DNA of 64,000 nucleotides from Eutreptiella sp. 'Long Island Sound 2002' (lineage: Eukaryota > Protista > Euglenida): contig OZ038378.1 of assembly GCA_964036045.1 (NCBI GenBank), forward strand, positions 53,072,001 through 53,136,000, in the 5' to 3' direction. The notes beneath the pieces are model-generated. The model was given only the letters and a program-made list of their open reading frames with translations, made no database searches and was not told where the DNA came from. Position 1 is the first letter of the stretch; every line of letters begins with the position of its first letter. Below, piece after piece: positions 1 through 10,019 of the stretch. Made by a program: the position numbers and the translations under genes.

Positions 1-3000
1 GCCACGCGACAGGCGTGGATTGTGAGTCCCTAAACCAAACTCAACGGGCCACGCAACAAAGCGTGCATTGTGAGTCCCTAACCCCAACTCAAGGGGCCAC
101 GCAACAAAGCGTGCATTGTGAGTCCCTAACCCCAACGCAAGGGGCCACACAACAAAGCGTGGATTGTGAGTCCCTGACCCCAACTCAAAGGGCCATGCAA
201 AAAAGTGTGGATTGAGGTCCCTAACCCCAATGCAAGGGGCCACACAACAAAGCGTGGATTGTGAGTCCTTAACCCCAACTCAAAGGGCCATGCAAAAAAG
301 CGTGGATTGTGAGTCCGTAATTAAACTCAAGGGGCCACGCAACAAAGCGTGGATTGAGAGTCCCTAACCCCAACTCAAGGGGCCACGCAACAAAGCGTGG
401 ATTGTGAGTCCCTACACCCAAATTAAGGGGCCACGCTACAAAGCGTGGATTGTGAGTCCCTAACCCCAACTCAAAGGGCCATGCAAAAAAGTGTGGATTG
501 TGAGTCCCTAACCCCAACTCAAGGGGCCACACAACAAAGCGTGGATTGTGAGTCCCTAACCCCAACTCAAGGGGCCACGCAACAAAGCGTGGATTGTGAG
601 TCCCTAACCCCAACTCAAGGGGCCACGCAACAAAGCGTGGATTGTGAGCCCGTAATTAAACTCAAGGGGCCACACAACAAGGCGTGGATTGTGAGTCTCT
701 AACCCCAACTCAAGGGGCCACGCAACAAAGCGTGGATTGTCAGACCCTAACTCCAACTCAAGGGGCCACGCAACAAAGCGTGGATTGGGAATCCGTAATT
801 AAACTCAAGGGGCCACGCAACAAAGCGTGGATTGTGAGTCTCTAACCCCAACTCAAGGGGCCACGCAACAAAGCGTGGATTGTGAATCCCCAACGCCAAC
901 TCCAGTGGCCACGCAACAAAGTGTGGATTGTGAGTCCCTGACCCCGACTCAAGGGGCCACGCAACAAAGTGTGGATTGTGAGTCCCTAACCCCAACTCAA
1001 GGGGCCACGCAACAAGGCGTGGATTGTGAGAACCTAACCCCAACTCATAGAGGCCACGCAACAAAGCGTGGATTGTGAGTCCGTAATTAAACTCAAGGGG
1101 CCACGCAACAAAGCGTGGAATGAGAGTCCCTAACCCCAACTCAAGGGGCCACGCGACAGGCGTGGATTGTGAGACCCTAACGCCAACTCAAGGGGCCACG
1201 CAACAAAGCGTGGATTGTGAGTCCGTAACCCCAACTCAAGGGGCCACGCAACAAAGTGTGGATTGTGAGTCCCTAGGCCCAACTCAAGGTGCCACGCAAC
1301 AAAGCGTGGATTGTGAGTCCGTGAGCCCAACTCAAGGGGCCACGCAACAAAGCGTGGATTGTGAGTCCTTGAGCCCAACTCAAGGGGCCACGCAACAAGG
1401 CGTGGAATGAGAGTCCCTAACCCCAAATCAAGGGGCCACGCGACATGCGTGAATTGTGAGACCCTAACCCCAACTCAAAGAGGCCACGCAACAAAGCGTG
1501 GATTGTGAGTCCGTAATTAAACTCAAGGGGCCACGCAACAAAGCGTCGATTGAGAGTCCGTAACCCCAACTCAAGGGGCCACGCAACAAAGCGTGGATTG
1601 TGACACCCTGACCCCAACTCAAGGTGCCATGCAACAAAGCGTGGATTGTGAGTCCCTGAGCTCGACTCAAGGGGCCACACAACAAAGTGTGGATTGTGAG
1701 TCCGTAACCCCAACTCAAGGGGCCACACAACAAAGTGTGGATTGCGAGTCCCTAACGCCAACTCAAGGGGCCACGCAACAAAGCGTGGATTGTGAGTCCC
1801 TAACCCCAGGTCAAGGGGCCACGCAACAAAGCGTGGATTGTGAGTCCCTAACCCCAACTCAAGGGGCCACGCAACAAAGCGTGGATTGTGAGTCCCTAAC
1901 CCCAACTCAAGGGGCCACGCAACAAAGCGTGAATTGTGAGTCCATGAGCCCAACTCAAGGGGCCACACAACAAAGCGCGGATTGTGAGTCCCTAGACCCA
2001 ACTCAAGGGGCCACACAACAAAGCGCGGATTGTGAGTCCCTAACCCCAACTCAAGGGGCCACGCAACAAAGCGTGAATTGTGAGTCCATGAGCCCAACTC
2101 AAGGGGCCACGCAACAGAGCGTGGATTGAGAGTCCCTAACCCCAAATGAAGGGGCCACGCGACATGCGTGGATTGTGAGACCCTAACCCCGACTCAAAGA
2201 GGCCACGCAACAAAGCGTGGATTGTGAGTCCGTAATTAAACTCAAGGGGCCACGCAACAAAGCGTGGATTGAGAGTCCCTAACCCCAAATCAAGGGGCCA
2301 CGCAACAGGCGTGGATTGTGAGACCCTGACCCCAACTCAAGGGGCCACGCAACAAAGCGTGGATTGTGAGTCCCCGAGCTCAACTCAAGGGGCCACGCAA
2401 CAAAGCGTGGATTGTGAGTCCGTAACCCCAACTCAGGGGGCCACGCAACAAAGTGTGGCTTGTGACACCCTAGACCCAACTCAAGGGGCCAGGCAACAAA
2501 GCGTGGATTGTGAGTCCCTAACCCCAACTCAAGGGGCCACACAACAAAGCGTGGATTGTGAGTCCCTAACCCCAACTCAAGGGGCCACGCAACAAAGCGT
2601 GGATTGTGAGTCCCTAACCCCAACTGAAGGGGCCACGCAACAAAGCACGGATTATGAGTCCCTAGACCCAACTCAAGGGGCCACGCAACAAAGCGTGGAT
2701 TGTGAGTCCCTAACCCCAACTCAAGGGGCCGCGCAACAAAGCGTGGATTGTGAGTCTCTAACCCCAACTCAAGGGTCCACGCAACAAATTGTGGATTGTG
2801 AGTCTCTAACGCCAACTCAAGGGGCCACGCAACAAAGAGTGGATTGTGAGTCCCTAACCACAACTCAAGGGGCCACACAACAAAGCGCGGTTTGTGAGTC
2901 GCTAGACCCAACTCAAGGGGCCACGCAACAAAGCGTGGATTGTGAGTCCCTAACCCCAACTCACAGGGCCATGCAAAAAAGTGTGGATTGAGGTCCCTAA

Positions 3001-6000
3001 CCCCAATTCAAGGGGCCACACAACAAGGCGTGGATTGTGGATCCCTAGACCCAATTCAAAGGGGCATGCAAAAAAGTGTGGATTGGGGTCCCTAACCCCA
3101 ATTCAAGGGGCCACACAACAAAGCGTGGATTGTGAGTCCCTAACCCCAACTCAAGGGGCCACGCAACAAAGCGTGGATTGTGAGTCCCTAACCCCAACTC
3201 AAGGGGCCACGCAACAAAGCGTGGATTGTGAGTCCCTAACCCCAACTCAAGGGGCCACGCAACAAAGCGTGGATTGTGAGTCCCTAACCCCAACTCAAGG
3301 GGCCACGCAACAAAGCCTGGATTGTGAATCCCTAACCCCAATTCAAGGGGCCACACAACAAAGCGTGGATTGTGAGTCTCTAACGCCAACTCAAGGGGCC
3401 ACGCAACAAAGCGTGGATTGTGAGTCCCTAACCCCAACTCAAAGGCCACGCGACAGGCGTGGATTGTGAGACCCTGACTCCAACTCAAGGGGCCACGCAA
3501 CAAAGCGTGGATTGTGAATCCGTAATTAAACTCAAGGGGTCACGCAACAAAGCATGGATTGTGAGTCTCTAACCCCAACTCCAGGGGCCACGCAACAAAG
3601 CGTGGATTGTGAATCCCTAACCCCAATTCAAGGGGCCACGCAACAAAGTGTGGATTGTGAGTACCTAACCCCAACTCAAGGGGCCACACAACAAAGCGTG
3701 GATTGAGAGTCCCGAACCCCAACTCAAGGGGCCACGCAACAAAGCGTGAATTGTGAGTCCATGAGCCCAACTCAAGGGGCCACGCAACAGAGCGTGGATT
3801 GAGAGTCCCTAACCCCAAATGAAGGGGCCACGCGACATGCGTGGATTGTGAGACCCTAACCCCGACTCAAAGAGGCCACGCAACAAAGCGTGGATTGTGA
3901 GTCCGTAATTAAACTCAAGGGGCCACGCAACAAAGCGTGGATTGAGAGTCCCTAACCCCAAATCAAGGGGCCACGCAACAGGCGTGGATTGTGAGACCCT
4001 GACCCCAACTCAAGGGGCCACGCAACAAAGCGTGGATTGTGAGTCCCCGAGCTCAACTCAAGGGGCCACGCAACAAAGCGTGGATTGTGAGTCCGTAACC
4101 CCAACTCAGGGGGCCACGCAACAAAGTGTGGCTTGTGACACCCTAGACCCAACTCAAGGGGCCAGGCAACAAAGCGTGGATTGTGAGTCCCTAACCCCAA
4201 CTCAAGGGGCCACACAACAAAGCGTGGATTGTGAGTCCCTAACCCCAACTCAAGGGGCCACGCAACAAAGCGTGGATTGTGAGTCCCTAACCCCAACTGA
4301 AGGGGCCACGCAACAAAGCACGGATTATGAGTCCCTAGACCCAACTCAAGGGGCCACGCAACAAAGCGTGGATTGTGAGTCCCTAACCCCAACTCAAGGG
4401 GCCACGCAACAAAGCGTGGATTGTGAGTCCCTAACCCCAACTCAAGGGGCCACGCAACAAAGCGTGGATTGAGAGTCCCTAACCCCAAATCAAGGGGCCA
4501 CGCAACAGGCGTGGATTGTGAGACCCTGACCCCAACTCAAGGGGCCACGCAACAAAGCGTGGATTGTGAGTCCCCGAGCTCAACTCAAGGGGCCACGCAA
4601 CAAAGCGTGGATTGTGAGTCCGTAACCCCAACTCAGGGGGCCACGCAACAAAGTGTGGCTTGTGACACCCTAGACCCAACTCAAGGGGCCAGGCAACAAA
4701 GCGTGGATTGTGAGTCCCTAACCCCAACTCAAGGGGCCACACAACAAAGCGTGGATTGTGAGTCCCTAACCCCAACTCAAGGGGCCACGCAACAAAGCGT
4801 GGATTGTGAGTCCCTAACCCCAACTGAAGGGGCCACGCAACAAAGCACGGATTATGAGTCCCTAGACCCAACTCAAGGGGCCACGCAACAAAGCGTGGAT
4901 TGTGAGTCCCTAACCCCAACTCAAGGGGCCGCGCAACAAAGCGTGGATTGTGAGTCTCTAACCCCAACTCAAGGGTCCACGCAACAAATTGTGGATTGTG
5001 AGTCTCTAACGCCAACTCAAGGGGCCACGCAACAAAGAGTGGATTGTGAGTCCCTAACCACAACTCAAGGGGCCACACAACAAAGCGCGGTTTGTGAGTC
5101 GCTAGACCCAACTCAAGGGGCCACGCAACAAAGCGTGGATTGTGAGTCCCTAACCCCAACTCACAGGGCCATGCAAAAAAGTGTGGATTGAGGTCCCTAA
5201 CCCCAATTCAAGGGGCCACACAACAAGGCGTGGATTGTGGATCCCTAGACCCAATTCAAAGGGGCATGCAAAAAAGTGTGGATTGGGGTCCCTAACCCCA
5301 ATTCAAGGGGCCACACAACAAAGCGTGGATTGTGAGTCCCTAACCCCAACTCAAGGGGCCACGCAACAAAGCGTGGATTGTGAGTCCCTAACCCCAACTC
5401 AAGGGGCCACGCAACAAAGCGTGGATTGTGAGTCCCTAACCCCAACTCAAGGGGCCACGCAACAAAGCGTGGATTGTGAGTCCCTAACCCCAACTCAAGG
5501 GGCCACGCAACAAAGCCTGGATTGTGAATCCCTAACCCCAATTCAAGGGGCCACACAACAAAGCGTGGATTGTGAGTCTCTAACGCCAACTCAAGGGGCC
5601 ACGCAACAAAGCGTGGATTGTGAGTCCCTAACCCCAACTCAAGGGCCACGCGACAGGCGTGGATTGTGAGACCCTGACTCCAACTCAAGGGGCCACGCAA
5701 CAAAGCGTGGATTGTGAATCCGTAATTAAACTCAAGGGGTCACGCAACAAAGCATGGATTGTGAGTCTCTAACCCCAACTCCAGGGGCCACGCAACAAAG
5801 CGTGGATTGTGAATCCCTAACCCCAATTCAAGGGGCCACGCAACAAAGTGTGGATTGTGAGTACCTAACCCCAACTCAAGGGGCCACACAACAAAGCGTG
5901 GATTGAGAGTCCCGAACCCCAACTCAAGGGGCCACGCAACAAAGTGTGGATTGTGAGTCCCTAACCCCAACTCAAGGGGCCACGCAACAAAGCGTGGATT

Positions 6001-6281
6001 GTGAGTCCCTAACCCCAACTCAAGGGGCCACGCAACAAGGCGTGGATTGAGAGTCCCTAACCCCAAATCAAGGGGCCACGCGACATGCGTGGATTGTGAG
6101 ACCCTAACCCCAACTCAAAGAGGCCACGCAACAAAGCGTGGATTGTGAGTCCGTAATTAAACTCAAGGGGCCACGCAACAAAGCGGATTGAGAGTCCCTA
6201 ACCCCAACTCAAGGGGCCACGCGACAGGCGTGGATTGTGAGACCCTAACCCCAACTCAAGGGGCCACGCAACAAAGCGTGG
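1..6281. repeat. 48-bp tandem satellite, ~130 units, runs off the left edge of the window
   Basis: Consensus GTGGATTGTGAGTCCCTAACCCCAACTCAAGGGGCCACGCAACAAAGC repeats continuously, with scattered 47-bp variants. It ends abruptly at ...AAAGCGTGG (6281). All ORFs called here are translations of the repeat. Confidence 0.98.
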
Positions 6282-6680
6282 GAGTCAAAAAAAAAGAGGA
6301 AAGAAACTGGGAGGCAAAAATGCAAACTCGGGGATCCCCAACAAAGGGCAGCAAGATCAGAAGTATTCCCCAACAAAGGGGAACAAAATCAGAAGTGGCT
6401 GCCTCACCCCTGCCTTCTCGGGGGCCCAAAAGAGGGCAGAAAAGCTGCGTCACCCCTGCGTTCTCGGGGGTCCCCTATAGAAGGGGAGGGAAACAAAAGT
6501 GGCCCACAAAAGGGCGGAAGTGCTATGTCATCCCTGCATTCTTGGGGGTCCCCAAACAAGGGGACAAAGTCAAAGGTGGCTCAGAAGTGGGCGGAAGTGC
6601 TATGTAACCCCTACGTTCTCGGGGTCCCCTAAAAGGGGTTCAAAAGTGGCCCGCGCCGGGCTCCTGGAAAAAATCCCATA
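6282..6680. repeat. Fragment of a dispersed repeat built from short hairpin cassettes
   Basis: Core (C/A)A(C/T)CCCT(G/A)C(C/G/A)TTCT(C/T)GGGG recurs at 6405, 6451, 6529 and 6606, interleaved with GGGGTCCCC and AAAAGTGG motifs. Confidence 0.7.
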
Positions 6681-6692
6681 GTGGGGGTCCTT

Positions 6693-6738
6693 AAGGGCGG
6701 TCCTTAACAAAAAAAATTGGTCCTAAAGGACCACCCTG
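6693..6738. mobile_element. Minimal (46-bp) inverted-repeat remnant, MITE-like
   Basis: AGGGCGGTCCTTAA (6694-6707) and TAAAGGACCACCCT (6724-6737) are 12/14 complementary around a 16-bp spacer; the right end reads CCCTG. No target-site duplication seen. Confidence 0.45.
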
Positions 6739-6799
6739 ACTGACAGTGGGCCCTGTCTTGACACCACACCACATCACCTCATCCCTCCCCGTTGCACTG

Positions 6800-7800
6800 C
6801 AATGTGCCCTACAATCCCTTTCTAGACCACAGATAGCACAGCAGTACAGTGCCCTTGGAGGCACCCCGAAGGATTGCGACCGTGTAGAGTGTCAGGAAGG
6901 AAGGAGATGTGCACATGGTCGCAGATGGCGACCCAAATTATGAGAAGCTGGTGGCTGTCAAATGGCTGTGGTGACAAGGACACATCCCGCAGCTGCTGCT
7001 GCACGATGAGGCACCAAATTCTTTTCTCAGTGAATAGCCTTTCCATGTCCAGACCCACACACATTCATCCATACCAGAGGATTGAACGGACATGGAAAGA
7101 CCCAGAGAGTGGGCTGGACACCCGCGGCACCACCAGCAGAGGCAATTGATCCCTTGGCGCATACCAAGGATGTATTTGGCAAGGGCCTGGCATGAAGCTG
7201 CAGGGCGCAAACGGGAGGCTACAATACCAAATGTTGAGTCCTGGGCGGTTCAGCAGGGCTGGAATCATGCAAATGCAGCGTTGGCAAATGCCTTGGGGGC
7301 CCTAGACACAGCCTCGCTGTGGAGGGGGAAGGGACGGGTCATCACTGCTGAGGGACCCCCAGAATAGCTTTGAAGAAGCCAACACGGAACGACTTCTTCA
7401 GGGTAGCCCAACCACCCAAAAATGTGCTCAGTATGACTTTAAAAAAAACCGAAAAAAATGTTTCGGTATTCATAGACGTTGCATTGGAAGGACAGGAAAA
7501 GATCACCAAAGCACGTGCCCTCACATGCATTCAAGCCCAAGGTGCCTCTAAAGGAGGGGTCTGATACCCTCTTTGCCCCCAATTTATGCTGTTACGGCAC
7601 CACTTGCCTCTGCAACAAATTGTGGGCAAGCAAACTTTGCCACATTCTGACTGGGTTCCAGCTCCTGGTCATTTCATTATCACCAGTTCTCTGTATTCTG
7701 CAACTGACTCACTGTTCTAATGGTCGCGGGGAGCCAGTATGCATCCAGAGCCTCCAGAAGCTGCGGGAGTGGGTTAGAAACCAGGGAATCCCAGCTTTGC
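6800..7800 (-). pseudogene. Decayed reverse-transcriptase domain of a non-LTR retrotransposon
   Basis: Manual minus-strand translation gives RT motifs in canonical order across frameshifts and stops: KAGIP (7798-7784), QVVP*QHK..DPSFRGTLGLN (7606-7530), FKVILSTFL (~7443-7417), KAF (7294-7286), GMRQG (7165-7151) followed after a 1-bp shift by DQLPLLVV, ILWY/DE (7076-7064, YxDD-like) and SFS*FG (6949-6932, YLG-like). Confidence 0.75.
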
Positions 7801-8229
7801 AAATGGTGGCAACAGTAAGGAGGAGCGCAAAAAGGGATGTTCATTGTCCATAAGGGTTGTGCGATGTGTTACCATCTGGGGTTCGTGTGATGCAGCGGTT
7901 CGAAGGAGTTGATCCACTGGAAGCTGGAGCCATGTCAGGTGGTGTCTCCGGAGGTGAAGTTGCAGGCTTCTTTGGGGGTGTGCTGAGGGGCCCATATGAA
8001 GAGGACAGGTACGGTTGCACCAGCGCTGACGGTGAGCAAAGGCTGCAAGAAAAACAGTGTCAAAATTGCAGAGGATGACAACTGGATTTGGTGACTTCCA
8101 GTACGGCTGGAAACAAAGGGGAAATCCTTGCACTGCATGTGCACTGCACACTACTTTTCGGAAAATTGCACCAAGCAGCTCCCGACTTGGCCACCCCTGC
8201 AAACAGCCCCTCTAACAAGCCTCTGAGTG

Positions 8230-8790
8230 GCCCAAATAAGCATTATTGTTCCTTATCCATCTTGAGGCCAGAGTAACATGCAAAATAGACAACAAAGGAC
8301 AGTTGTGTGCACCACGTGTAGTACATTGTATTTTGGCTGCTCGGAATGCCCAAATAGCCAAATAGTTGCACTCTGCGCACACTGTGCTCAGATTGGGAGC
8401 AATGCCGAGCCACAGCAACGAGGTTTTGGCACCAGCCAGGGGGAGGCAAAAAGTAACTTGCTGGTGTGTAAGTGGGAGTCGTCTGCAGTTGCCTGCATTG
8501 TCAGTGGGACCACATTAGTAAGGTTTGGAGACATTGGTCGAGGAAACTGGCACCCTACAGTTCCTACTAGTTTGTGAGGGGGCATGGGGACTAGCCAACG
8601 CCACCTTTCTGCGGACCACAAGCAGGTCACCACTGATCCCCAACAAACAGGATCCCTAAGCCTGCTTCCCCAACCGTGAGCACACAAGTTCCATGGGCTT
8701 TGTCTGGTGCACTCTTCCGCGCCAGTGGACGCAGCGTGCCCCATCAGATGTGTGTGGCATCACGTTCCATCACGACACTTTAATGCTCTG
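8230..8790 (-). pseudogene. Decayed APE (EEP-fold) endonuclease of the same non-LTR element
   Basis: One minus-strand frame with a few stops contains IKVS*WNV (8784-8761), GSCLL (~8655-8640), VALASPHAP (~8605-8578) and LLWLG (~8418-8404). These match the order of APE motifs WNV / G-V-A-I-L / YAP / GDFN and lie directly upstream of the RT relic. Confidence 0.5.
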
Positions 8791-10019
8791 ATACACCTAG
8801 TCCTCACCTTCAAACTTCATCGTGCAACATTGAACAACATGTGTGATGGGCCTTGCAAAATCTTCAATCCACATGTCTGGTTGTATTTAGCATTGGTCAG
8901 CAATGGCACTATTTCTCCCACCCTCACCGAATGTGTTTGATGGGTGTAGACCTTGCAATACAACACATGCTACATTCTTGTGCTGGCAATGTCCATACCC
9001 AACCACACACTAGACATGGCCCTGAAAATCACCCTTGGCATCATAAAACGAACAGTCAGACGCTTCAGTTTAGGGCACCGTGGCCATGCATGTGGCACTT
9101 CTTTGATTGGACATTGCATGCACTGGTAAATCATGGTTGATCCCACGTACACCTTCAATGCGAAATGAGGAGAAAAAAGAGTCAGTTGTTCCCTGTGATG
9201 CAGGTAGTGCTTCTACCCCCAATGCCTCATGCACATTACCCCCACGAGAAAGACATAAGCATGTAAGAGCATAACATCATCAAGTGCACATCTTCCAAGG
9301 GACAAACCTTTAGATTAGCCACTGTAAAGCCCAGGTAGCCCCCCCCCCCAAAATTGTACAAGCTCGCTCCAAACTATGGGTGGTACTTCGTGCCATGCTG
9401 GCACCGTGGTGTGTGGCATCAGTGAGAGCCTCACATACAGATGTAGGTGCCAAAGGTGCCAAACACTGGCATTCATGGCACAGATGCAATGCTTGGACAG
9501 GTTGAGTGCACAAGGGCATGGTATGCTACTATGACTATTCCATGGCCAAGGCTTTTCTTGGCAATGGGGGGGGGGGGCTGCAAATGGCACCCATTTTTGG
9601 CAGGCACCCACAGCACATGACCTACCGCCCACAGGCACAGGGCGGCTTAACTCAAGAGGCATCCACCCACTCACCGAGTGACCAATACAAAGGAAAATAT
9701 AAGGGGAAAAAATTTTGGGCGCCTTTGGTGCAGAGAATATAGTCCTTCCCCTCAAAACCACCAACCCACTCTAGGCCCATCCCCACTCCCACTCCCATCC
9801 CGGGGGGGGGGGGATCAGAAGGAGGCACCCATCATCTTGAAAAAGGTAGGCACGCAACCCCCCCCCCCCCAGGGTACTGTAGGCGAGGCACACAACACAC
9901 ATAAAGTGGTCCTCATATCCAACGGTCTTTGGAACACGGCTTGGACGGCAATACCCCATCTCACATCAGTGTGGAACATGAAAAAGCAATGTAAACAATG
10001 TGTAACACAATTCAATTGT

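Noticed and set aside
1-6281. Long ORFs on both strands encoding (VDCESLTPTQGATQQS)n and (LGLGTHNPRFVAWPLE)n as a repetitive protein gene
   Set aside because: A 48-bp unit without stops gives open frames automatically. The 47-bp variants repeatedly shift the frame, and there is no unique N- or C-terminal coding sequence.
1-6281. CRISPR array
   Set aside because: There are no unique spacers (units are contiguous copies) and no cas-like ORFs.
8340-8560. ATADDSHL and FGYLGI (minus strand) as RT YADD and YLG motifs
   Set aside because: The spacing is too compressed and needs a frameshift. A single-frame APE reading fits better, and a full ordered RT motif set lies at 6900-7800.
6800-9170. Telomere-elongating retroelement (HeT-A/TART-like) next to the telomeric satellite
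   Set aside because: Its 3' end points toward the presumed chromosome end, opposite to elements added onto termini, and it is a single heavily decayed copy.
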